DNA of 33,672 nucleotides from a virus: UHGV virus genome UHGV-2170543; one strand, 5' to 3'. Shown piece by piece: positions 8,551 to 16,932 of this stretch (position 1 is its first letter; each line of letters starts with the position of its first letter). The notes under the pieces were generated by a model. It saw only the letters and a program-made list of their open reading frames with translations, ran no database searches and was not told where the DNA came from. The position numbers and the translations under genes were made by a program.

Positions 8551-8734
8551 GTCTGTAACAACCGCACTGATAGTCTGCCAGACCCGCCATAACAAGCTGG
8601 GTCAGTATTAACTGGCAGCGTTCGCGTGAAAGGTAAGTATTCTGCGCAATCTCCCCGACTGTCGCCGGTTCGGTAACGCTTAATTCATCAAACACAACTC
8701 TGGCGGTTTCTGTCATATCCTGCTGTTTCAGCAT
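8537..8734 (-). CDS. small hypothetical protein, possible winged-helix-like
   Basis: 65 aa; MLKQQDMTETARVVFDELSVTEPATVGEIAQNTYLSRERCQLILTQLVMAGL; family not recognised. Confidence 0.4.
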   Translation of the reverse strand: MLKQQDMTETARVVFDELSVTEPATVGEIAQNTYLSRERCQLILTQLVMAGLADYQCGCYRRLQS

Positions 8735-8857
8735 GTCTTTTTACCCTTTCCGGTTAACGTGACATACCAATAACTCTTGTCTAAAAAGCCAGCAAGATAA
8801 AAAGCCAGTATTCACGACCACCAGCGTGTTTACTGTACTGCACCAAGTTTACAGGTA

Positions 8858-8880
8858 CAAAAAACCCGCTCAGTGGCGGG
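8858..8880 (-). terminator. hairpin + U-tract terminator downstream of 205-aa gene
   Basis: Minus-sense CCCGC-CACTGA-GCGGG followed by TTTTTT (plus-strand AAAAAACCCGCTCAGTGGCGGG). Confidence 0.45.
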
Positions 8881-9012
8881 TTTAAGTTGTGTGGCGAAGT
8901 AACCACTCTTAACACACTAATAGCATTTTTGTTATAACACAAGTAGCTCATTCAGTATTTTTAGAATCTTGACTTTCTTAAGCACGGCGAACTCTGAATA
9001 CCAAACATAAAA

Positions 9013-9630
9013 TCAATTATCTTCCAGGCCGGATGCTATCAACGAAAGCCTCTCAAAAAACGCTGTAGCAGCCTTGTCCAAAGTTGAATAAGTACTGTAT
9101 TCTCCGTGTTCGGGACCAACCACTACCCATGGTCGTCTTTTTGGGATTCGGGACTTCTCAGAAATCACTGTTCCAGATATACCAATATCAATTGTTACAC
9201 CTGTTATTATTTTCTCTTCATCTCTTTCCCTGAACTCAATTGCCATAAATGCCGTTTTTTTTCGTTTCCCGTTTTTAAAAAAATCAAATAAAGCAAAGCG
9301 ATGCTCATTAAAATCAACACCCCATCGTCCTTCAGGATAAAGGGCATGAAAGTTGTCATTTACGCTCTGCATCGTCTCATAAGCTTTAACTTCTAAATCT
9401 CCATAGTGCATAGATACCGCGCAGGAGTCACTGGGTAACTGTATTTTCCCAAGATTGAAAACCTTTACTGCTCCAGAACTATGGCATCTTGCCCGCAATT
9501 TATCCCCATTTATACTAATCGGAGAAATATTCCTTAATGTTCCGGGCTGGCTCCCTCCTAAGTAAACGACTGTTAAAGATTGCTTATTTTCAATTGCATC
9601 AACTAATACATGCTCTACATTTTTATCCAT
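9013..9630 (-). CDS. hypothetical protein (205 aa) immediately downstream of Q; possible WYL-like beta-barrel N-terminus
   Basis: Start MDKNVEHVL with GGGAGG RBS; AT-rich; N-terminal LTVVYLGGSQPGTLRNISPISINGDKLRARCHSSGAVKVFNLGKI resembles WYL-domain spacing (inference only). Confidence 0.55.
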   Translation of the reverse strand: MDKNVEHVLVDAIENKQSLTVVYLGGSQPGTLRNISPISINGDKLRARCHSSGAVKVFNLGKIQLPSDSCAVSMHYGDLEVKAYETMQSVNDNFHALYPEGRWGVDFNEHRFALFDFFKNGKRKKTAFMAIEFRERDEEKIITGVTIDIGISGTVISEKSRIPKRRPWVVVGPEHGEYSTYSTLDKAATAFFERLSLIASGLEDN

Positions 9631-9705
9631 AATAACCTCCCAATGAACAGGTATCATCAGGAGGTTATAATAAAATATGATTATTTACTTTGATTGAATT
9701 TATTA

Positions 9706-10077
9706 CTATATGTAACAATCAATTTCTAAAGATACCCCCAACATTGCCAGACAACCGTCAATAAACCCTTCAGCTTTCTGCAGTCTGATAACAACCTGAT
9801 TAAGTGATATCCCCAGTTTTACCCCCAACACCCGTAATGTAACCCCATACACATAATACATTTCCAGTAATTCGTATTGATACGGTTCCTTTTTCTTAAG
9901 AACTGTCATCGCAGAGCTAATGATCAGGCCATCGTCATCGCTACATTGCGGGCGGGATTTTACTTTCGAAGGAATTAATCCCTTAAAACCTGCAGCAACA
10001 GATGACCATTCCACATCCTCGTGATTATTTGCCACCCATGCCCCCCAACGTTCAAGAACCATTTGAATATCACGCAT
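9706..10077 (-). CDS. Q: antitermination protein Q (Q21/QuuD-like)
   Basis: MRDIQMVLERWGAWVANNHEDVEWSSVAAGFKGLIPSKVKSRPQC... closely resembles DLP12 QuuD as recalled. Confidence 0.75.
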   Translation of the reverse strand: MRDIQMVLERWGAWVANNHEDVEWSSVAAGFKGLIPSKVKSRPQCSDDDGLIISSAMTVLKKKEPYQYELLEMYYVYGVTLRVLGVKLGISLNQVVIRLQKAEGFIDGCLAMLGVSLEIDCYI

Positions 10078-10094
10078 CAACTTTCTCCACAAAA

Positions 10095-11090
10095 TCAGGC
10101 CAGCACGCCTATTGCCAGCGCACGATCGATAAAACGAAATATCAGCTCCAGCTGGGAGCCATACTTCTCTTCAAATGCCACGGTATCCGCATGCAGCTCG
10201 TCGTGATGCTTTCTGCACAAAGGCAGCACGAAGAGGTCATGCGCTTTTGTACCCATTCCCCCCTGACCGTGGCCTATCAGGTGGTGGGGATCATCAGCAG
10301 GCTTTCCACAACATGCACACGGCTGCGTCTTAACCCAGCGCGTGTACTTTTCATTAACCCAGCGGCGACGTTTGGGGCGTAACATAAAAGACTCCGGCGA
10401 CTCCGGATCCACTTTCAGCGCCAGCACCTTTTTCGCTTTATCCTGGATGATGCTGGTGGCAGGAACCGAAGGCACAAGGTCACTTTCCCGGGTGACAGAC
10501 GGCACAACAGGCTTCGGTAATCTCAGTGCCTTACGGGCTGCACTTTCCGGTAAGGCATCCGCCAGGTCATTACGAATCAGCCACCAGCACAGTTCCGGCA
10601 TTGTCACAACGTGACTGTCATCAAAACCGAGATCCCGACGCACAACAGACAACACCCAGCGGGCACAGTTATCCGTTGCCATTGATTCCAGCCGTTCCGT
10701 GAACTGATCGCGCAGCTGGTTATCGCAGTGCCAGCACAGACGGATTGCACCCGGAGCGTGTCGCATTGTGGTCATGTTCTCGCTGTGCCATCCGGAATGA
10801 GGCCACTGGCAGCCTTTTTCACGAAGTAACCAGCTTTCAAGACATTCCACGCCACCAGCACGACGGATCACTGCCTCATGGCGGAACACGGCCCGAACGG
10901 CAGGATCATCCGCCAGCGGTTGTGATGCCGCCGGAACGGCACCACTGGCGAAAGATGAATAACGCTCCGGCTCAGGCTCCAGCAGGACACGCCCCTGCAT
11001 AAACAGGGGCATCAGCTCTGAACCTGGCCTGAACAATACGATCCCCATACGCGGGGCAATTTCAGGGGTCAGTAGTGCTCTCACAGTCAC
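10095..11090 (-). CDS. DUF968-family nin-region protein with C-terminal HNH-like Cys/His motif
   Basis: 331 aa; C-terminal CACCGKPADDPHHLIGHGQGGMGTKAHDLFVLPLCRKHHDELH; paralog of 25512-26566. Confidence 0.6.
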   Translation of the reverse strand: MTVRALLTPEIAPRMGIVLFRPGSELMPLFMQGRVLLEPEPERYSSFASGAVPAASQPLADDPAVRAVFRHEAVIRRAGGVECLESWLLREKGCQWPHSGWHSENMTTMRHAPGAIRLCWHCDNQLRDQFTERLESMATDNCARWVLSVVRRDLGFDDSHVVTMPELCWWLIRNDLADALPESAARKALRLPKPVVPSVTRESDLVPSVPATSIIQDKAKKVLALKVDPESPESFMLRPKRRRWVNEKYTRWVKTQPCACCGKPADDPHHLIGHGQGGMGTKAHDLFVLPLCRKHHDELHADTVAFEEKYGSQLELIFRFIDRALAIGVLA

Positions 11091-11091
11091 C

Positions 11092-11919
11092 TCAATGAAC
11101 GGTATCGAGCAGCTTTAACAGCTCAGGAAATCGGGATTCGAAGAAATGCGGCTGCGTCTCGCGCGGATTTGCAGGACTGGTGATGTTCTTGCCGAACATG
11201 CAGCCTTTCGCGGTCAGCGACCAGAATTTTTTGATGTTGTTAATCGCGGTACGGCTGTATCGTTCGCGTTGTTCAACGATCCCCAGCTTCGCCATCTGGT
11301 GATATGCCTGATTAGCCGTCAGGCGGATACCATACTGCTTCAGCAGTGCACTCAGCGACAGCGTAGGGCGGCTTGAACCATCTGGCGCATCAGCAGGTGC
11401 ATCAATGGCATAGATCGGCATAAGTTCAGGAAGACCAGCTACCTTTGATAATTTCTGGTATGCACCAAGTTTCGAGGAGTTTGACAGATTTAGAGTCTTT
11501 GCTGCTGATTCAAGCAGAATGACCCCGGATTTAATTTTGTCGGATGTGGTTTCTTCTGGTGATGAATTATGAAGCGCATCAAAAGTACGTATCACTTTTA
11601 AGCTGAATGCCGGGCTGATCCACATTGCATATGCATAGACCAGCTCTTTACAGACATACGTCCCACCATTGCGCCCCTGAATGGTGATGACAGGAATACT
11701 ACGGGAATCTCCCGTAGTTTCTTCTTCCAATAATTCCACAAGAGCCTTCGTTTCAGGACGACGCATAAACTCGTGAACTTCCAGCGAACGGGAGGAGCGA
11801 TTCTCACCAGCGGCAAGAAGAGCAGCTTTCTGAAGGTCGTTAAGACAGTAGTTAGATTCGAAGTACTGGCGCACAGAAACGCCATCAATTACAAGCAACT
11901 GATTCATTGGTTTCTCCAC
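11092..11919 (-). CDS. KilA-N domain protein (antirepressor-like)
   Basis: N-terminal GTYVCKELVYAYAMWISPAFSLKVIRTFDAL typical of KilA-N; SOS box lies upstream. Confidence 0.6.
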   Translation of the reverse strand: MEKPMNQLLVIDGVSVRQYFESNYCLNDLQKAALLAAGENRSSRSLEVHEFMRRPETKALVELLEEETTGDSRSIPVITIQGRNGGTYVCKELVYAYAMWISPAFSLKVIRTFDALHNSSPEETTSDKIKSGVILLESAAKTLNLSNSSKLGAYQKLSKVAGLPELMPIYAIDAPADAPDGSSRPTLSLSALLKQYGIRLTANQAYHQMAKLGIVEQRERYSRTAINNIKKFWSLTAKGCMFGKNITSPANPRETQPHFFESRFPELLKLLDTVH

Positions 11920-12004
11920 AAATTTTTATCCACGAGCGGGACTGCACTCCCTTTTCGTTGATGCAGGATGAACTTACTGCGATTTTTAATAGTTATCAAG
12001 GATA

Positions 12005-12024
12005 CACTGTTCATAAATACAGTA
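12005..12024. promoter_or_regulatory. LexA (SOS) box CTGT-N8-ACAG upstream of KilA-N gene
   Basis: CACTGTTCATAAATACAGTA at 12005-12024 matches CTGT-N8-ACAG with AT-rich centre, in the 150-bp intergenic region between rusA and the KilA-N gene. Confidence 0.5.
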
Positions 12025-12069
12025 TCTTTAACGAGGTAATACCCAAATTTAGGGTGTTGCTCAATTCCG

Positions 12070-12465
12070 TTACCGAGTTGCTAATTTGCAACTCGCTTTT
12101 TCGTACTTACTGATAGTGATCTCGACCTTCCCCTCCGGGATAACCGGTCCCCACTCCACCAGCATTCTTTTCACCTGACTGTCGTCTTCCCACACACCCG
12201 CGTGGGTCAGGGCGTCAAACAGCGCCTTGTTATAGTTGTCCAGATCGCGGATCCGGTTATCCGGAGGAAACAACACGATCTCCACTGAAGCAGGTGCCGA
12301 CGTTGGTTTCGGCAGACGACGTAACTGCTCAACTATTGCTGCACACGCCGCGCTCTGGAATTTTCGCCCCGCCGCGCTTATCAGGCTCTTACCAGCAAAC
12401 GCCCCTTTGTTGGGGTGTCGCCAGTACGTGTTCACGCTGGGCGGAAAAGGCAGTATTAGCTTCAT
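12070..12465 (-). CDS. rusA: RusA Holliday junction resolvase
   Basis: LPFPPSVNTYWRH... and DLDNYNKALFDALTHAGVWEDD motifs. Confidence 0.8.
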   Translation of the reverse strand: MKLILPFPPSVNTYWRHPNKGAFAGKSLISAAGRKFQSAACAAIVEQLRRLPKPTSAPASVEIVLFPPDNRIRDLDNYNKALFDALTHAGVWEDDSQVKRMLVEWGPVIPEGKVEITISKYEKASCKLATR

Positions 12466-12788
12466 ACTTTCAGGCCCCTCTCATGTAACCAGTGGGTTGC
12501 ACGCAGCCTTGCGTTTTCCTCACCGGCAAGCAGTGCGCGGATAATCCCGACCGCCTCGCTGTCGTCGTCCTTCATCGCAGTATGAAGCGTTATCCCCCGG
12601 GCCACGCCACGCTTTATCGTGATGACGCCTTTTTTCTCCAGTGCGCGAAGATGCTCCACCGCTGCATTCACCGAACGGTATCCCAGCATGGTTGCCACCT
12701 CCTGATTGGTTGGCGGGAAGCCACGTTCTTTCTGATAAGAAATCAGCATATCCAGCACCTGCTGCTGGCATTGAGTTAACGTCGTCAT
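12462..12788 (-). CDS. LexA N-terminal DNA-binding-domain-like protein lacking S24 peptidase domain
   Basis: MTTLTQCQQQVLDMLISYQKERGFPPTNQEVATMLGYRSVNAAVEHLRALEKKGVITIKRGVARGITL resembles the LexA winged-HTH; only about 38 aa follow, no Ser/Lys peptidase module. Confidence 0.6.
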   Translation of the reverse strand: MTTLTQCQQQVLDMLISYQKERGFPPTNQEVATMLGYRSVNAAVEHLRALEKKGVITIKRGVARGITLHTAMKDDDSEAVGIIRALLAGEENARLRATHWLHERGLKV

Positions 12789-13438
12789 GCCGCCATCTCC
12801 CTGACCAGTTTTTCCGCCTGCTGGCGAACCTGCGCCAGAAACGCCTCACCACATGCCTCAAGTTCATCGCGCCCTATGTAGCTGATTGCCGGTCCCTTCC
12901 AGGTCTTGTCGAAAACAGCAATAGCACCAGCGAAGAAAGCACCTGTTGGCACCTGCTTTTCGTCTTTCGGGATAAACCAGGCAGGCAGTTCAAAACCAAT
13001 ACGCCCGCGAATAAAAGCAATATGATCTGCATCTTCCGGCCACCACACTTCGCTGGTGGCAGCTTTGATCAGGAAAACATAGCGCCCGCCTTTATCACGC
13101 ATGGCACTGGCATGTTTCATGATGTAACGCATGCCGGTGATGTATTGCCCCTCATGCTGACTGGCGCGGCTGTACGGGGGATTACCAAAGGCAGCACCTT
13201 TAAGCTCCGCAAGACGTTCAGACCAGTCATGCGCCAGCGCGTTGTCTTCCGCAGTGTAATACGCAGCACATTTGGCGTTATCACCGTCAGTGAACAGATC
13301 CAGAACAAACGGGCCAAACAGGGTGTTAATTCCCCAGAAAATGTTGTCCGGCGTGCGCCACTGATCGCCCACTTCCTTCAGTTCATGGGCTGGTTTGTTC
13401 CGCAGTTCCACCAGCGCCTGGCAATATTTATTACTCAT
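12785..13438 (-). CDS. phage Dam-type DNA N6-adenine methyltransferase
   Basis: NPPY motif (AAFGNPPYS); start MSNKYC overlapping upstream stop. Confidence 0.65.
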   Translation of the reverse strand: MSNKYCQALVELRNKPAHELKEVGDQWRTPDNIFWGINTLFGPFVLDLFTDGDNAKCAAYYTAEDNALAHDWSERLAELKGAAFGNPPYSRASQHEGQYITGMRYIMKHASAMRDKGGRYVFLIKAATSEVWWPEDADHIAFIRGRIGFELPAWFIPKDEKQVPTGAFFAGAIAVFDKTWKGPAISYIGRDELEACGEAFLAQVRQQAEKLVREMAA

Positions 13439-13932
13439 TAAGCCCCCACGAAATTCCCTGACAGATACCACTCTTCACCCGATGCAGCGCGCTTGCTGCT
13501 TTTCTGTAAGCACTGCTCACGACGCGCCAGAAAATTGTTTCGTTCTGGCTGGGAGTGGCTTTCACGGAATGCCGCCATCCACACCGTTGCAGCACGACGG
13601 TATAAGCCCCTGGACTCCAGTTCTTCAGCATGACGGGTCAGGCACAAAATCACCCAGGGGTCGTTAGTGCCGACATAGAAATTGCTCACAGGTATGGTTT
13701 CAAGAACAGGTTGCAGTTTCTCCTCCTGCGATATCTCAGCCTGGTGTGGGAAATGTCTGCGTGTTTTCCCTTCACAACGGTGAGCCACACGCCCACTCTG
13801 ACGTAACTTGCTTGCTGACTGCAGTACGCGCTGCCGTGAGTAACCTGCAAAAGCATCCGCAATGTCTCCGGAAGTACAGCCCGGATGGGCTTCAATGAAT
13901 TTCTGAACTTCATTCAAAAGACTCATGATCAC
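13438..13932 (-). CDS. PerC-family-like transcriptional activator (tentative)
   Basis: AEELESRGLYRRAATVWMAAF resembles the PerC/Pch LE-KGLWRRAA-RW signature as recalled; N-terminal extra region; assignment uncertain. Confidence 0.4.
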   Translation of the reverse strand: MIMSLLNEVQKFIEAHPGCTSGDIADAFAGYSRQRVLQSASKLRQSGRVAHRCEGKTRRHFPHQAEISQEEKLQPVLETIPVSNFYVGTNDPWVILCLTRHAEELESRGLYRRAATVWMAAFRESHSQPERNNFLARREQCLQKSSKRAASGEEWYLSGNFVGA

Positions 13933-14870
13933 CCCCTGAATCCTTCCGGGATCTGGCTGTAGTCCACGTTGTCGTAACTGGCTTTGAAGTACGGGTCTTC
14001 ACGTTTTTCTGTGTGCGTGCTGACGGACGGCGATAAGCGCAGGGAAAGCTCATCCCATTTTTCCCGCAACTTCGACGGGCTGAGCACGTTACGGCACCAG
14101 AACGGATCACGGCTGACGCGGCTGTACATCTCGCAGATTTGTTTGTGAGTACGACCATCCTGCACACACATCAGGCGAATTTCGTTTGCCCATGCTGTCC
14201 AGTTCGGTTCTTTGGGACGAACCACCTCGCCGTCACATTCGGCGGCCTGCTCGTACAGGGCGATGATTTTTTTCCAGAGCCACTGTGCGCAGGTCAAATC
14301 ATCCTGCGTTCCCCACTGGCGCTTTTTAGGGCTGAATACAACCGCATCAGGATGGCGAGTTAAAAAATCCTGTTCAGCCGTCTGCGTGTCCGGTTGCAAA
14401 GCGTCCGGACGAGAAGGTTTTTTATCTGACGGATCATGTTTTGATTTTACTGACGGATCCCCGCCAGATTCTGACGGGTGAAAACACGCTTTTTTGCCAG
14501 ATTTCGACGCATCAAATTTTGACGGGTCAGATTTTGATGCGTCAGATTTTGACGGGTCAGAATCTGACAGTTGAGAAAATGCCGCAGCCTGAAGCTTCGC
14601 AACGTTAAGCTGATAAACATTCGACGCATTGCGGTTACCCTGGCGACGCGCCTTACGCGTTAACCAGCCTTCTGCTTCCAGCCGTGCGATAGCCGTTCTG
14701 ACGGTACTCATCCCCGCGCCAATCTGGCGGGCAATGGTTTCAATTGATGGCCAGCACACACCCTCGTCATTACTGAAATCAGCCAGACGGGCCATAATTG
14801 CCACACTGGATAATTTCATGCCTGACGCTGCGCAACCATCCCATACATAGCCGGTTAATTTGGTGCTCAC
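13929..14870 (-). CDS. replication initiator (O-like) with internal iteron-bearing linker
   Basis: N-terminal HTH (SSVAIMARLADFSNDEGVCWPSIETIARQIGAGMSTVRTAIARLEAEGWL); repetitive SDSDPSKSDASKSDPSKFDASKSG linker encoded by DNA iterons. Confidence 0.6.
   Translation of the reverse strand: MSTKLTGYVWDGCAASGMKLSSVAIMARLADFSNDEGVCWPSIETIARQIGAGMSTVRTAIARLEAEGWLTRKARRQGNRNASNVYQLNVAKLQAAAFSQLSDSDPSKSDASKSDPSKFDASKSGKKACFHPSESGGDPSVKSKHDPSDKKPSRPDALQPDTQTAEQDFLTRHPDAVVFSPKKRQWGTQDDLTCAQWLWKKIIALYEQAAECDGEVVRPKEPNWTAWANEIRLMCVQDGRTHKQICEMYSRVSRDPFWCRNVLSPSKLREKWDELSLRLSPSVSTHTEKREDPYFKASYDNVDYSQIPEGFRG
14420..14575. repeat. origin-like iterons (at least 5 copies of TYTGACGGRTC-like 12-mer) inside O-like gene
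   Basis: Plus-strand repeats ATCTGACGGATC, TACTGACGGATC, TTCTGACGGGTG, TTTTGACGGGTC x2 plus degenerate TTTTGATGCGTC, spaced about 23-32 bp. Confidence 0.5.
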
Positions 14871-15748
14871 TTACGCACCTCCTTATGCTTTTCGTTCAGT
14901 TCCGAGTCCACCAGCCCGGCAACGAATACACCATCGTTGATGTAGTCGTAGAGCGATGAAGCCAGCGGAGACTGAACTGAAACCAGCATCGGATAAAGTT
15001 GTTCTAACCAAACGCGGTGAATTTCAGCCATGTAGAGGTAAACAACGTGGGCATTGTGCGCGACACATGAAGTATCAACCTTTCCGATCAGCGCCTGTTC
15101 CATCTGGTTAAAGGCATTGATGTATGCCTCTTTGAACCGGGCAGCACGTTTACCCGTGAAACCCATAGCAAGAAACGCAAAACCGTCTCGTGTGATTTGA
15201 TAGCAAAGGAGCTTGCGTGTACCACCGTTCGGTTGATTTACCGAAATCGATGTCTCCGCAAAATTGCGGGCACAAAACTCAGGGGAACAATCCAGAGTGC
15301 GGATCTTTTTCAGCACATCGTCGTGACGCTTGGAGAAGAAGTTGGCAACAGCCAAAGAAGTGGTAACGGCCTGGCCGTTGTCAATGGTGATTTCAGGTTG
15401 AGTGAGGGCTGGGATCGTAGCCATGATGGCAGCCTCCGTTGACAGTGAAAAACTTCCACCACCGGAAACGCCAATTTCACTGGTGGTGAACTGGACGGGG
15501 TTGGCGTAACCGGCGTCAACGGAGACCGGCGCACCTTTCGGTGCCCCCGCCCAGCCCACCATAATCTGGATGTGAGCAAATGCGGACGATAAAAAAGACG
15601 CTGGCGCGTCATACATCGCCGTTGACAATTTCAGGACGCCAATCCCGGCACCCGCTTTATAAGGTGCCTGAACAGTGTAACGTCCCGGAATTGCAGAATC
15701 AATATGCTGGTGGCGATTGGTAAACAGTTTGAAAATATTCCGGATCAT
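14867..15748 (-). CDS. Rha-domain phage regulatory protein, paralog A
   Basis: QAVTTSLAVANFFSKRHDDVLKKIRTL and YQITRDGFAFLAMGFTGKRAARFKEAYINAFNQME (Rha family); N-terminal SAIPGRYTVQAPYKAGAGIGVLK shared with paralog B. Confidence 0.65.
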   Translation of the reverse strand: MIRNIFKLFTNRHQHIDSAIPGRYTVQAPYKAGAGIGVLKLSTAMYDAPASFLSSAFAHIQIMVGWAGAPKGAPVSVDAGYANPVQFTTSEIGVSGGGSFSLSTEAAIMATIPALTQPEITIDNGQAVTTSLAVANFFSKRHDDVLKKIRTLDCSPEFCARNFAETSISVNQPNGGTRKLLCYQITRDGFAFLAMGFTGKRAARFKEAYINAFNQMEQALIGKVDTSCVAHNAHVVYLYMAEIHRVWLEQLYPMLVSVQSPLASSLYDYINDGVFVAGLVDSELNEKHKEVRK

Positions 15749-16584
15749 TTACGCCCCCTTACCTCTGAAGGATTCAGCGACAAATTTATGAGGCAGGCCA
15801 GCGCCGAAGCATCATTAATATAGTCATACAAGCTAACAGCCAGCGGAGATTCGGCTTTTGCCAACATAGGATAAAGCTGCTGCAGCCAGACCTGATGAAT
15901 TGATGAAATGTAGGAATAGAGAACGCTGGCGTTATGTGCAACGTCGCTCAGTACAGAGGGATTTGAAAGCTGTTTCTCCATCTGGTTAAAGGCATTGATG
16001 TATGCCTCTTTGAACCGGGCAGCACGTTTCCCCGTGAAGCCCATGGCAAGAAACGCAAAACCGTCGCGGGTGATTTGGTAACAAGGGAGTTTGCGGCCTG
16101 TGCAATCGGTGTAATCACTGGGCTGAAAATTCAGCTCAGTGAATTCAACAGAGCACTCAAGCGTCTGGATTTTTTGAATAACGTTTTTGTGCTGCTTGCA
16201 GAAATATTCGGCAACGGCCAAAGAAGAGGTAACAGCCTTCCCATGGATAACATCAATTTTAGGGTGAGTTTGGGTAGGGGTGGTTGCCATAGTGACATCC
16301 TCATGTGCGAATTTTGAAAACTCACCACATGGGACGCCAATCACAGAGGTGGTGAGACGTACAGGGTTGGCGTAACCGGTCGCACATGACCCCGGCGCAT
16401 CTTTCGATGCCCCTGCACGCCCCACCATAATTTGGATGTGAGGAAACGTGCGCAAAAAAACCGCTGAAGCGCGGTTATGCGCATGTGCGAATTTCAGGAC
16501 GCCAATCCCGGCACCCGCTTTATAAGGTGCCTGAACAGTGTAACGTCCCGGAATGGCAGAATCAATCATTACTGGTTTGCTCAT
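15745..16584 (-). CDS. Rha-domain phage regulatory protein, paralog B
   Basis: KAVTSSLAVAEYFCKQHKNVIQKIQTL and YQITRDGFAFLAMGFTGKRAARFKEAYINAFNQME; tandem to paralog A. Confidence 0.65.
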   Translation of the reverse strand: MSKPVMIDSAIPGRYTVQAPYKAGAGIGVLKFAHAHNRASAVFLRTFPHIQIMVGRAGASKDAPGSCATGYANPVRLTTSVIGVPCGEFSKFAHEDVTMATTPTQTHPKIDVIHGKAVTSSLAVAEYFCKQHKNVIQKIQTLECSVEFTELNFQPSDYTDCTGRKLPCYQITRDGFAFLAMGFTGKRAARFKEAYINAFNQMEKQLSNPSVLSDVAHNASVLYSYISSIHQVWLQQLYPMLAKAESPLAVSLYDYINDASALACLINLSLNPSEVRGRK

Positions 16585-16753
16585 GATCGTCCCTTATCTC
16601 CCTGAACTTTTGCCTGAAATGCTCAAGTGGGCTGAAGCATTCATGTTCATAGCCTTCACGGAGGTAGATAACCCGTTGTGTTTCCGGCTCCCAACGAATG
16701 ACTCTGACGGGCACTCCGTGGTGATCTTTGAACCAGCGGTTAACTTGTCGCAA
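16562..16753 (-). CDS. small hypothetical protein
   Basis: [63 protein letters not shown]; overlaps ORF 16594-16932 in another frame. Confidence 0.3.
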   Translation of the reverse strand: MRQVNRWFKDHHGVPVRVIRWEPETQRVIYLREGYEHECFSPLEHFRQKFREIRDDHEQTSND

Positions 16754-16932
16754 AGGACTGTCTCCTTCTGCCGGTTGAAATCACCCACAGCCCACTCTGC
16801 AAAGCTGTGGGTTACAATTTCCCTGTCACCTGGTACATTCACTGCATAGCAATACTCCACCTTCGCTTTTCCACCCGGTACAGGAAGCGCAATCAGTTGC
16901 GAGCGACGGTAGTGTGTTGTTAAACTGTTCAT
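16594..16932 (-). CDS. hypothetical protein (possibly frameshifted)
   Basis: ATGA overlap with upstream gene stop; N-terminal half protein-like, C-terminal half low complexity. Confidence 0.3.
   Translation of the reverse strand: MNSLTTHYRRSQLIALPVPGGKAKVEYCYAVNVPGDREIVTHSFAEWAVGDFNRQKETVLCDKLTAGSKITTECPSESFVGSRKHNGLSTSVKAMNMNASAHLSISGKSSGR

Noticed and set aside
12520-13441. Long plus-strand ORFs 12641-13441 (266 aa) and minus-strand 12520-12867
   Set aside because: Antisense to or out of frame with the Dam methylase and LexA-like genes, which have recognisable motifs.
14420-14575. Possible CRISPR array suggested by short direct repeats
   Set aside because: Repeats are 12-bp iterons at irregular short spacing inside a replication-initiator gene, with no cas genes; origin iterons rather than CRISPR.
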